Positions 22,686 through 35,520 of a DNA stretch of 64,000 nucleotides are shown here, piece after piece (position 1 is the stretch's first letter; each line of letters begins with the position of its first letter). The DNA is from Eledone cirrhosa. Lineage: Eukaryota. Location: positions 125,302,001 through 125,366,000 of the forward strand of contig OZ024740.1 of the NCBI GenBank assembly GCA_964016885.1, given 5' to 3'. The notes under the pieces were generated by a model. The model had not been told where the DNA came from. It saw only the letters and a list, made by a program, of their open reading frames with translations, and did not search any database. The position numbers and the translations under genes were made by a program.

Positions 22686-25600
22686 TCAGCATGTATCCAT
22701 GGGAGGTCGGGTACCCTGTATTACTGCGTGACGCCAGAAGTCACGGTCGTGTGTCATTGACTTTGAGAGGTGTAGTTGGGTAAGGTCGGCTTTTATCACC
22801 TCATCCCAAGTCATCTTGGGTCTCCCCACTCCGCGGTTTCCATCAACTTCTAGTGCTCTGCACCTTTTTATGCAGCTGTCATCCTTCATACGCATCACAT
22901 GTCCATACCAGCGTAACCGCCTCTCCTGCACGCAGCATTTGATTCCTCTTATGCTCAGTCTCTCTCTCAATTCCTTTATGCTTTGTCGTTCACGTATATT
23001 ACTGTTACACATCCATCGGAGCATGCAGGCTTCGTTTCTCTCTAATCTACGTAAGTCTTCCACCTTCAGCGCCCAGGTCTCACTACCATGCAACATCGCT
23101 GTTCGGATACACGCATCATACAGTCTGCCTTTCATTCTGAGGGAGAAGCCTTTTGCAGCTAGCAGTGGTAGTAGTTCCCTAAACTTCTTCCATCCCGTTC
23201 TTACCCTAGTTATTGTACTTTCTGAGCACCCACCTCCGTTGCTAATTCGGTCACCTAGGTAGCAGAAGCTGTCTACTGTTTCTACAGGGCCCTCCCAGAG
23301 ATTGGTGGTACTTGTTTCCTGTGGCTGTTTGCTTGCTGTTTCAGCACAGCTGCTGCATGTGAATCCTACATTCTTAATTAAGCTTCCTGAGATCCCGCTA
23401 CATCTCTTGTGTACCCATTGTTTGCATTTGGGGCAGAGAATGGAGTTCCTACCTACACCTTTCCTACATACTGAGCAAGGCCATTTCCCTGAGGGGATCT
23501 GGGTTCTGTTTTCTCGTCTACTTATAAGGACCTTAGTCTTTGTCATGTTGACTTTGAGGCCCTTTCTCTCTAGTCCCTGCTTCCAGGTTTGGAATGTATT
23601 CTCTAGTTCTACCATAGATTCAGCTATGAGTGCGAGGTCATCAGCATACAGGAGTTCCCATGGGCATCCGGTCTTAAACTCCTCCGTTATTGCCTGCAGG
23701 ACTATGATGAACAGGAGAGGGCTAAGAACAGATCCCTGGTGGACCCCAACCTGTACGCTAAATTCCTCGCTATACTCATTGCCAATCCTAACTTTGCTGA
23801 CTGCTCTCCTATACATGGCTTGTACCGCTTTCACAAGCCATTCATCTACTTCTAGTTTTCTAAGAGCCCACCAGATTACTGCACGTGGAACTCTGTCAAA
23901 GGCTTTCTCATGGTCGACAAATGCCAAGTAGAGTGGCTTACTTTTAGCTAGGTACTTTTCCTGTAATTGCCTCACAAGGAAGAGGGCATCAGTGGTGCCT
24001 TTCCCTGGTACAAACCCAAATTGCATCTCGTCTATATTCACCCGGTCCCTAATCAGCTGTGCTATAACTCTTTCTGTTACTTTCATGACCTGGTCCATCA
24101 ACTTTATACCTCTATAGTTTCCTCTATCTAGTGCATCGCCTTTACCTTTGTAGCAGTTGACAATGATGCTACTGCACCAATCTTTTGGTATGGCCCCCTC
24201 TAGTATTACCTGGTTAACGATACGTGTGGTTATAGTGTGACCTACAGACCCAGATGCCTTCAGCATCTCGGCAGCTATACCCGATGGACCGGTTGCCTTC
24301 CCTATCTTCATATCTCTGATTGCCTTACTTACTACGCTGCCGCTGACTTGTACTGCTGGTCCCTCTATAGGGTCTACGTGGGGTAGGGTCTCTTCTTCCC
24401 ATGCATTCTCCTCATTTAGTAATCTATCATAATGACTCTTCCATGCATCTTTCTTCTCAGCACTTGTGAGGGCAAGCTCACCTTTATCATTCCGGATACA
24501 CTTCTCTCCAATGACATCACAACTATCTCTGACACACTGCCTCGCAATCTTGAATACCTCCTGTTTCTGGTCCTCACGTTGTAAAACATGCTTGAATTTT
24601 CTATCCTCTGCTTCCCTCCTAGCTAAGTATACTTGTCGCCTAGCTTCCCTCTTGGTCTCTATGTAATGTACCCTGCTCCCCCCGTTCTTCCATTCTTTCC
24701 ATGCCTGTCTCTTGGCCTTGACTGCTTCATCTACCTTATTGTTCCACCACCAAGTCACTCTCCTCCTGCTTGAGGTCTTACTCCAGCCACAAACCTCATC
24801 CGTCGCCTCTAGTAAGTTATTTTTTAGGAACTCCCAGTTCTCTTCTACGTTAAATGTCTCTATCTGTTCTTCTTTACTGTCGTAGGCGTTGAGTAAAATA
24901 TCTTTAAATCTGTTACTGGTTGAGGGGACTTTCAGCTTCCAGATCTTTCTTCTCCAGGTTGGCCTCTGTTTCAGGGCTCGTCTAGTTCTGACCGTGAGGT
25001 CGCTGACAACTAAGCTATGTTGGGATGTACATTCCTCACTAGGGAAGGCTTTTGTGTTTACGACCGTCCATCTGTCACGTCCTCTGATGAGGATAAAATC
25101 TAACTGACTAGAGTGCTCCCCTGATCTATAGGTGATCAGGTGGTTGTCGGGTTTTTTAAAGTTTGTGTTACATATCGACATGTCATTGGCGTCGCAGAAT
25201 TCTAGAAGTCTGAATCCTTCCTCATTCCTTGTGCCAACTCCATGGCCTCCATGTACTCTATTGAAGCCGTCGCAGTGTTTACCTACGTGTCCGTTAAAAT
25301 CTCCTGCAATGATTAGGAAGTCCTTGTCGTCTGTTTGAGCAGTAGTGTGTATTAGGGACTCGTAAAACCTATCCTTAAGTTCGTCTGGCAGCCCCGATTG
25401 GGGTGCGTAAGCTGATATTATTGTGGTAATTGTCTTATTCAGGACTAGTCTGAGTTTAATGATTCTTGCATTTACCCTGTACACTGAGATTATTTATCTA
25501 CCCACTTGTCAGCTAATAGTATACCTACACCACCCATCCCATCGTCATTTCCCACCCAGAAAAATTTGTAGCACTGGCTTTTTCCTACAAGGACTCTAGC

Positions 25601-25804
25601 AGACCCTCCTCTCCATCTAGTCTCTTGCACACAGCATACATCAACTTCCTTTCGCTCTAGCATTTCTACGATTTCTCCTGCTCTTCCTTTCATTGAGCCT
25701 ACATTGATGGTACCAACTCGGAGTTTTCGGCATTTGTCGACACTCGTAGGGGAGGGTCTCTGGGTTGGCGCTTCAGGTGGGTGCTTGGTAGTTCGCAGAT
25801 TCAT
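22686..25804 (-). CDS. RTE polyprotein: APE endonuclease + RT + PHD-like Cys finger (~1040 aa; one 1-nt frameshift at ~25492)
   Basis: GTINVGS, VQETRW, SAYAPQ, GDFNGHVG, QLDFIL, NYRGIKL, QFGF, KAFDRV, GVHQGSVLSP, LYADD, YLG, RRLRWYGH. ORFs 25490-25804 and 22686-25484 join if one base is restored in GATAAATAATC. Confidence 0.93.
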
Positions 25805-26045
25805 ATTTCATCTATTGATTCAGAGTTGCTCGTGTATTCCCAGCTCATCCATCCATAACGGTGGGAAAATTGAGGGCTAGAAGAACAGTGGTGGTGGGGT
25901 AATGGCAGGGTGTGTTGGGATGCGCCAGAGGAGGAGAGAGTTAGTTAGGCAGGTAGTAGCAGCAGCAGTGGAAATGGCATGCTAGGTTTGATTGGTCGAA
26001 TAGACTATGGTGGTGTGTGGGGGTGGGGGGGAGGGAAATTGTGAG

Positions 26046-26773
26046 GTAGGAACTGAGGGTCGCATGGTAAATATCCAAGTTAATACTACATCAGTAAAAT
26101 TAACAATAATAACGTCATGAAAAACTACTAAGAGAAACCCTCGAAAATTTATCGCTAATACAGCAGGGAAAATTTAACGCTAATACAGCAGGGAACATCA
26201 TAATATTAACGACAATATGTAGGCTAAAATACCTTCGTAGATTAGATGGATGGCTGGAAAAATTGGAATCAGCTCTAGTGATACATTTTAGCAGAGAAGA
26301 ATGGGAAAGTGTCTTATCTCTTCAATATTTTCAGATTGAATGAATTAGGTTAAAGACAGGGTAGTAAGCCTTAAAGAAGTGCATAGAGAGGGGGGTAGGA
26401 ACTGAGGGTCGCATGGTAAATATCCAAGTTAATACTACATCAGTAAAATTAACAATAATAACGTCATGAAAAACTACTAAGAGAAACCCTCGAAAATTTA
26501 TCGCTAATACAGCAGGGAAAATTTAACGCTAATACAGCAGGGAACATCATAATATTAACGACAATATGTAGGCTAAAATACCTTCGTAGATTAGATGGAT
26601 GGCTGGAAAAATTGGAATCAGCTCTAGTGATACATTTTAGCAGAGAAGAATGGGAAAGTGTCTTATCTCTTCAATATTTTCAGATTGAATGAATTAGGTT
26701 AAAGACAGGGTAGTAAGCCTTAAAGAAGTGCATAGAGAGGGGGGGGTAGGAACTGAGGGTCGCATGGTAAATA
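26046..26773. repeat. Tandem ~350-bp repeat (2 units + 28 bp) upstream of the RTE ORF
   Basis: gtaggaactgagggtcgcatggtaaata at 26046, 26395 and 26746. Units appear identical except for poly-G length. Each has an internal ~25-bp duplication. Confidence 0.95.
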
Positions 26774-27220
26774 ACAGAGTGTGTGTGTGTGTATATATAT
26801 ATATATAGAGAGAGAGACATCTGTTCAGTCATCAACCAAAATTAGATTGTCATCTGCTTCATTTGAAATTTCTTTATGTATATTTCTAATAAGTTATTGC
26901 CTCGTTTTGAAGGACTGATTTGTGGAAGGAGGAAGGGCAGTAGTGGAAGGGAGTGTGTAACATACAGTAGTTGTATCTCCTCTTCCCTCTCTCTCACTGA
27001 AACATCTTCTGATTCTGCACCATTGTAGAGATGTCCCAAGGGGTTCCATTATTGATTTTTATTTAAATCTAATGAGACAGTCCTTTTTCTGAATATTAGC
27101 TTAACATGTGTATAAAGTTTTAGCAGGATCAGGTCACTGGTGTAGGCGCCAACTAGTTATACACAGAAAGATAGAAATTGCCATTTATATAGTAGATATA
27201 TATATATGTGTGTGTGTGTA

Positions 27221-28618
27221 TCATCATCATCATCATCATCAACGTTTAACGTCCGTGTTCCACGCTTGCATGGGTTTGGACGGGGGTTTTCCCACTTGAG
27301 GCAAGAGTGATTGTCTTGCTCGCATAGGACTGTCTGGCAGGTTTTCTACAGTTGGATGCCCTTCCTAACACCAACCACATTTGCAGTGTGGGCCTGGGAG
27401 GTTTTTATCGTGTTGCCTACACGGCCACATTACAGCGTGGACTGTGTGTTTTTTGTCGTGATACCTACACGATCTCATTTGTTTCGGCCTGGATGGTGTG
27501 GCACCAACATAACTTTACATAGAAGGGGGCGGTATGGATGGGGTGGGGGTGGTGGGACGGGGGTGTATTTTGTTAGAGATGCCTACTGACTGTAGTAGGT
27601 TTTACTATGTATTTAGGTAAGGCGGGTCTTCTCTATTACTGAGTACCGCCAAAGGTCTCGGTCCAGTGACATTGTCTTGGAGAGGTGTAAGTGTGTGAGG
27701 TCGGAGTTTATCAGCTCGTCCCAGGTTTTTCTAGGTCTGCCTATTCCGTGGCTACCGTCTATCTTTATTGCCCTGCACTTTGTTATACAGCTATCGACTT
27801 TCATGCGCATCACGTGTCCATACCAACGTAGCCTTCTCTCGAGTAAACAACATCTGATCCCTCTTATTTCTAATTTTTTCCTTAGTTCTTTTATGCTTTG
27901 CCGTTCACGTATATTACTGTTACACATCCAGCGGAGCATGAAAGCTTCGTTCCTCTCTAGTCTGCGTATATCCTCTGCACACAATGGTCTCACTGCCATG
28001 CAACATTGCTGTCCGTATGCAGGCATCATACAACCTGCCTTTCATTTTTAGGGAGAACCCTTTAGCGGCTAATGGTGGTATAAGCTCTCTGAACTTTTTC
28101 CATCCAGTTCTGACTCTAGCTACTGTACTTTCAGAGCACCCCCCCCCCCCCCCACTGCTGATTTTGTCACCCAGGTAACGGAAGCTGTCCACTATTTCTA
28201 TAGAGCCCTCTGCGCAGTTGAAAGAGCTAGTATTTTGTGGACACTTGCTGCTACTTATTGCACCAGAGCACCGGCCACATGTGAAATCTATGTTCTTAGT
28301 TAGCTTAACTGTGATCCCACTACATCTTTTATGCACCCATACTTTGCATTTCTGACACAAAATGGAGTTTCTACCTACGCCTTTCCTACACACTGAGCAT
28401 GGCCACTTCCCGGAAGGGACCGCCGCCTTATTTTCTTTCCTACAAACTAGAACATTGGTCTTAGCCAGGTTAATTTTAAGGCCTTTTGATTCTAGGCCGT
28501 GCTTCCATGTTTGGAATTTCTTCTCTAGCTCAGCCATTGATTCAGCTATGAGTGTTAGGTCGTCTGCGTATAGGAGTTCCCATGGGCAGCCGGTCTTGAA
28601 CTCCTCTGTTATAGCCTG

Positions 28619-28619
<1 letters not shown>
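27221..28619 (-). mobile_element. 5'-truncated RTE LINE, second subfamily
   Basis: QAITEEFKTGCPWELLYADD, the same Cys finger, RRLRWYGH, (GAT)n tail. Frameshift near 27985. The 5' end abuts (TA)n. Confidence 0.95.
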
Positions 28620-28673
<54 letters not shown>

Positions 28674-28870
28674 CAATATGTTGAAAAGGTACCACACTAG
28701 AGAGAGAGATACAGTGCGGCATCAATAAAACAGGGAAAAACCACCAGTGTATGGAATCTATAACCTATGAAAGGCAGAGTATAGACACGATAATTAAAAA
28801 TATAAATTAAAGCGTAAATAAATACGTGTAGGGAATGGCGAGAGTCTATGGCTCCGTTAATGTATCGTGG

Positions 28871-28902
<32 letters not shown>

Positions 28903-29045
28903 AAGAGTGAAGAATAACATGGTCAACATTACAAAAAAGAGTTTTATTTACAGTATTAACAATTGTTTCACTGATTAAGTTATCTATAACGATATTTTGT
29001 TATCCCTTATATATATACACATACATATATATATTTATATATATA

Positions 29046-29669
29046 CTAGCCGTGGTACCCGGCGTTGCACGGGATAAGGTATTTCGGAACGTGGGCCACC
29101 AACAGACCTAATCCTGGAAAAACTGCATGCCTGGACAATATGTAAAGAAAATAAACCGAATACTCCGATGGCTGGATAATCTTTAAGATTTTCCACCATG
29201 AAGCAGGAAAAATGCAGGTTTTCAATTAATGCAAGCCCTAGGGGATCAAGAAAATGAATTTTTTATGTCATAATATGCTTTGAAATTTCGGGGAAATCGA
29301 CTAGACGCCTCAAAAAAGTCCTAAAAAGATGAAAAAATGAAGTTTTTCACCTAATGCGGGCCCTAGGCCATAAAAAGGTTGTATTTTCTTTGCTCATGGT
29401 ATGAAGAAGAGACTGTCTAATACATAGTTACAATTTCAAGGAAATTGTAACTATGTAAAAAAAAAACTCATAAAAAGCTGAAAAACACAGTTTTTCACCT
29501 AATGCGGGCCCTAGGGGATCAAATTGAATTCTTTTATGTGCGTAACACTCCCTGAAACATAAGTAATACACATGTAAAGTTTGAAAAAATTCGGTTGGGT
29601 ACTTCTCCAGTTTTAGGGATTAAAACTCACAGACACACACACAGACTTCCTCAGTTTTATATATATAGA
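29046..29669 (-). mobile_element. Complete non-autonomous Helitron
   Basis: Minus strand reads A|TCTATATATATAAAA...GTCTGTGTG at the 5' end and hairpin CCCGTGCAACGCCGGG...CTAG|T at the 3' end. Inserted in AT with no TSD. Confidence 0.85.
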
Positions 29670-29997
<328 letters not shown>

Positions 29998-30602
29998 ATG
30001 TCAGGTCACCAGTTGGTGCTACTGGTAACATGTATCCCAGTACAACCTGTCTCATGGTCGGGTCGTTGGCGACTAAACTGGCAACCCCACCAAGGTTTCT
30101 TGGTCAGGAGGGTGACTTTGGACATCCTGCAGGACTAAAAACAAAACCTGTCAAAGGGCAAAGGAGCTCGTAAGAGTCAATGGCCATCCAAAATCACCGG
30201 GAGAGATGACCTCTTAGCCTTTGTCAAGGCAGAATTCTAGGAGAAGGAAAACTCTGATATAACACCTGCAACCCTGATGGTATCCAATGATGTTGACTTG
30301 TTCTTCTTTTTGGTAAATATCATCTTGGTTAAGAGAGTGGGACTGGCTTTGTGCAGTGCCTTTGCTCACTATAAAAGCTTCACGGCACAGGCATTGCTTT
30401 ATATCTGGAGATCTCTCTGCACTTGTCACATGGTACCAAGGGCCCAGCACTATGTGTCAATAATTGTCACAAGTGTAGTGTTTGTACCAGAGTTTTCAAG
30501 TCGCTGGCTGGACTAAAAAGTCACACTCGTTCAGCGCATCGGTAGGGGTTCTCCTACATGGATATAAAGTAGTGGCCGTACTCGAAAACGAGTTGGCAGC
30601 CA

Positions 30603-30604
<2 letters not shown>
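29998..30604 (+). mobile_element. Internally deleted (bipartite) RTE/BovB-type non-autonomous retroelement
   Basis: The 3' part encodes CSVCTRVFKSLAGLKSHTRSAHR* (C2H2 finger), then a short UTR (ctcgaaaacgag hairpin) and (TA)n. The 5' part is structured and non-coding, with a homologue at 57208-57280. Confidence 0.65.
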
Positions 30605-30660
<56 letters not shown>

Positions 30661-30707
30661 CGTAAAATAAGAAAATTTTAAAAAATTAACTTACTTACTA
30701 AAATTTT

Positions 30708-30790
30708 CACTCCAACTAATTAGTTTCTGCAATGGGATAAAGACAGTTACGTAATAAACTGTCGAGAATTCATTGCGTCATCAGGGAGTC
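30708..30790 (-). ncRNA. Type I hammerhead ribozyme (predicted)
   Basis: ACUCC-CUGAUGA-c[GCAAUG..GACAGUU..AACUGUC..CAUUGC]a-GAAA-CUAAUUAG-UU^-GGAGU. Confidence 0.85.
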
Positions 30791-31500
30791 TATTCTCAGC
30801 TAAGTCTCCAGGCAATGCGCGGACACTGGGGACTCATATAAAAATGATAATAATTCGGTAAATGGAACAGCTAGCGGGGACTGGATTCCATGTACTGAAA
30901 ATCTCGCTATCACTGGTCAAATGGCAGATTCTAAAGAATCAATCACGTGACACAGAGGCTAGTCGGTAGGAGTGGGATGACGCAATGAATTCTCGACAGT
31001 TTATTACGTAACTGTCTTTATCCCATTGCAGAAACTAATTAGTTGGAGTGAAAATGTTAGTAAGTAAGTTAATTTTTTAAAATTTTCTTATTTTACGTCT
31101 TTTATATTATTGTTCTGCATCCTCCTGCATTGAACCACCTAGGTACTGTAACATAACCTGTGTATTTGCTGGCATTAGCGTACATCTGTACGCATATGTT
31201 AGAAGATATACTAAATTCTCTATATTTATCTACAAATTACTTATTTGTCGAGCAAACCTGCCAAAACCACAACTAATTTTTTGGTGTGTTAGTAGGCTTC
31301 TGTCATCTTACCATCCCATTCCTACCGACTAGCCTCTGTGTCACGTGATTGATTCTTTAGAATCTGCCATTTGACCAGTGACAGCGAGATTTTCAGTACA
31401 TGGAATCCAGTCCCCGCTAGCTGTTCCATTTACCGAATTATTATCATTTTTATATGAGTCCCCAGTGTCCGCGCATTGCCTGGAGACCTAGCTGAGAATA

Positions 31501-31583
31501 GACTCGCTGATGACGCAATGAATTCTCGACAGTTTATTACGTAACTGTCTTTATCCCATTGCAGAAACTAATTAGTTGGAGTG
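31501..31583 (+). ncRNA. Type I hammerhead ribozyme (predicted)
   Basis: Same as 30708-30790, with one stem I mismatch (ACUCG). A third copy at 30976-31050 lacks the first CU of the core and stem I 5'. Confidence 0.8.
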
Positions 31584-31751
31584 AAAATTTTAGTAAGTAA
31601 GTTAATTTTTTAAAATTTTCTTATTTTACGTCTTTTATATTATTGTTCTGCATCCTCCTGCATTGAACCACCTAGATACTATGACATAACCTGTGTATTT
31701 GCTGGCATTAGCGTACATCTGTACGCATATGTTAGAAGATATACTAAATTC

Positions 31752-31832
<81 letters not shown>

Positions 31833-31853
31833 GTGTACGTATATATATATATG

Positions 31854-31916
<63 letters not shown>

Positions 31917-31942
31917 ATATACACATTTATATATACATTAGA

Positions 31943-32135
31943 ATTTCCTGCCCTAGCACAGCTAATACATAAATGTAAGTATGCACACATACACATATAC
32001 ATATATATATATGCACACACACACAACATATGTATATGTATATATTTATGTGTATATTTATATATATGTGTATATATATACATGTGTACATGTGCATACT
32101 TACATTTATGTATCAGCTACGCTAGGACAAGAAAT
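31943..32135. repeat. ~45-bp imperfect inverted repeat flanking a microsatellite
   Basis: atttcctgccctagcacagctaatacataaatgtaagtatgcaca versus tgtgcatacttacatttatgtatcagctacgctaggacaagaaat. Another arm at ~58726-58785. Confidence 0.7.
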
Positions 32136-33347
32136 AAAATTCTACTGCGTATGTATCTATATATATATATATTTGAATATATAACGTATCTATCTATATG
32201 TCTCTATGTGTGTGTGTGCTTGGCAGTAGCACTAAGACAGTGTTAAGCATAATAAGAGTGCATATGAAAGAATATACTATATGATTATATACAATATATG
32301 AAAACTTCACTATCAGAGAGAAAATAATTTTTCTTTATGAAAGAATATTTGTCTTTCTTTTACTCTGTGAGCATGTCACAGATATGCCAGTCAGCACTTT
32401 TCAAGATTCGTTAATCTATCATCAGTGACATTCACTGAACTGGTACTGACATGGATATAGACTATAGTCTATAAAAATTTTGAATGATGAACATTTGCCT
32501 CAGAAGCTCATTTGCATAGTAAACATGAGCTGAAAATGCACATTTGCATATAGTGCAAACTTTGCTTAAGATCAACAAATCTCGAATCTGGCCTTCTCAA
32601 CTGCTACTGACAATTAAATGACATGTTCACAGAGAAATATATTTTTTTAATGGCGAGGCTCTACATGATAAACTCAACCAGTACACGCTGTAAAGTGGTT
32701 GGTAATAAGAAGCGTAATCAGCCATAGAAAACTCACCAAACAAAGAGTTGGGAGGACACTTAAGTCATGTCAAGGATATGACAGCTTTCCTAATACTGGG
32801 TTTCTACACTATAAACGCACCCAATACACACTTTGAAATGGTTTGAAATAGGAAGAACATCCAGCTGTAGAAAGCTTGCCAAAGTGTTGGGAGGACACTT
32901 AAATTGTGTCAAAGATATGACAATCTCCCATGACCAAATGTAAGTGAAATGCAGACCCTTCAGCATGAGGTGGGGGTTAGTCGCCCCCATTTCAGTACTG
33001 ATTTAGTCTATATAGACCCATCCAACCTTTGCTAGCAGGGAAATTTAACATTAAATGTTGATGATGATTTATTTGTGTGTGTATCTATGTATATATATAT
33101 ATAACATAATAAAGATCCGAAGGCATGGTATAAATTTCCAATCATTTTACTCATGACACATGTTTCAATAAGAGATAGATCCATGCCTTTGGCTCTTTAT
33201 TTTGATACAAATACTCCATTTTACACCATCTAGCTGTTCCCATAAATGGAATTGGAGATATACAAAAGCGTGGAGAACTTAATATTGCTAACAAAAATTT
33301 ATTGGACCGTTTGACACAACCAATAATACACCTTACTATATATATAA

Positions 33348-33379
<32 letters not shown>

Positions 33380-34358
33380 TGGTGTGTGCGTGTTTGCATA
33401 TATTTGCATATATATAAATGTGTAAGTGTATATACGATATAAATATACATGTATATGTATATATGTGTGTGTGTATATATAAATATATATTTGAAAAGGA
33501 AAGTAACGTTCTATACAAAACAGTGGTTATAGAGAAAAGGTAAAATTGGAAATAGCTCGGAAAATATATTTAAGGGTCTGTTTTTCTTTTTCTTTTTTCC
33601 TTTCTTTGATTCGTCAAAGTAACTATTGGAAAAATGAGAGGGACAATTCTTTTAAAAAAGTTTTGTAATGTATATAAAATGTATAAAGTATAACCGGTTT
33701 TGATGTATTAGTAAAATCCATCTCATCAAATGTTGAGTATTACAATTAAAAAGAATTAATAAGAATCAAAAATTAAAAATTAAAGATTTAAAATTAAGTG
33801 TTGAGGCAAGATTTTTCATCTTCATTGTTATGAAGGAGACTGGAAAAAAGGGATCATGTGTATAGAGAGAGGGGTTGTCACGGTAGTAGCAGCAGCAGTG
33901 GTTTTAGGGAGAGGGAGATTTTCTGTAAATATGTATGTGCATCTCAATTGTGTTAATGGATTCGTCAAGAGCCCAGATGGGGGTGGCGAAGAAGGGAAAT
34001 GTAAGCTAGAGACAAATTCTATGAGCGAAGGAGGTAAATGTGATTGGCAAAATTAGGGTTGTAAAAGAAATTCTATTTTTGGAATATGGTTTTAGAGAGT
34101 ATGAGAGTGTACATGTGAGAGTGTAAATATAAAAATACACACATGTGTGTTTGTGTGTGTGTGTGTGCTTCCACCAGTCTGTCACAGGTCTCTTTGAAAT
34201 TAAAAAACATAGCAAAGTATCAGTGGTGGCTTTCAATCAGGGATTTTTGGAAAATATGTGTATGAGTAATTTCTTCCTTATTTTGTGGTGTGTGTATGCC
34301 AAATATATATATATATATATAGAAAGATTTGAATGGATACAGTTTAGTTGAAAGGAAT

Positions 34359-34478
34359 TTATTGACACGTGTTTCTATAACAGTTACATAACCTAAAACA
34401 GCTGCTATCTACAAACTTTTAGTTATGCAGACATTCAATATTTCAATGTTATTATTTACTGTCATTTCATCAGAATAA
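34359..34478 (-). ncRNA. Type I hammerhead ribozyme in the 3' pLTR (sense to the PLE ORF)
   Basis: Reverse complement of 37689-37808. Confidence 0.8.
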
Positions 34479-35042
34479 TATTACTGAGGACCTATTTAGA
34501 TTTTATAGAGAATATTAGGAGGGAGGGGTGAAGTTGTTAGAAGAATAGTTGAAGGAGTGGTTTTTCGATAGCAGTGAGAATTCTTGGTGGCAGTGAGTAA
34601 TTAGATTCCCATCTGTTGTTTTGACATTTTTTATAGAATATATTATTGGTTATTTTTCTAAATCTATAGAAGGATTAGAGATAGTAAAGATATGCGTGGT
34701 TGGTTTTGTGTTTGCACTTAATTAACATTCAGACTTAAATTTTTCTTTCAAGTGTACGTATCCTTTCACCCACGCATTCATACACACATATATTTGCACA
34801 CCTCTACAAAATACATATACTCACAATTCACATATTCATACTTACATATATATATACACATGCATACACATATATATACACACATGTATTCATGTACATA
34901 CATACGCGCTCATGTGTATACATTTTCATACTCAACTTATCTTTATATACACACGTATAGACATACACATATATACATACATACTTTAGTCCATGTGTAC
35001 ACACATACACATACATACACATCTATATACACATACATACAT

Positions 35043-35253
<211 letters not shown>

Positions 35254-35520
35254 CACTTTAATACATGAATACACTTACATCTAACTATACACATCAAACA
35301 TATATATATATTTACTTATTTATATATTTTTTCACATATATATACATACTTATGGACGTTTTTAGACACATTCATTATCGCATATTTGCACCTATTCTCA
35401 TCAGCATATCTTTCCATTATTAGTGTGGTAATTTAAGGTTATTAATATATGTTGAGAAGAGATTGTTTTTATATTTTTCTAACTAGATTAAGGTTTATAT
35501 AGTTGGGGGATGTCCCTCTT

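Larger units (their letters stand above)
22385..26773 (-). mobile_element. Full-length RTE-clade LINE
   Basis: Single APE-RT ORF, ~300-nt 3' UTR ending in (GAT)n at 22385, and a 5' region with tandem repeats. Confidence 0.95.
30651..31755 (+). mobile_element. Non-coding 533-nt partial-tandem unit with inverted 5' copy and hammerheads (non-autonomous PLE or retrozyme-like)
   Basis: 30976-~31225 is repeated at 31509-~31755 (period 533). 30651-30979 is the reverse complement of 31312-31640. (AT)n on both sides. Confidence 0.85.

Noticed and set aside
22816-25338. Plus-strand ORFs of 66-209 aa overlapping the RTE; likewise those at 35942-37630
   Set aside because: Antisense shadows of retroelement ORFs with no recognisable motifs.
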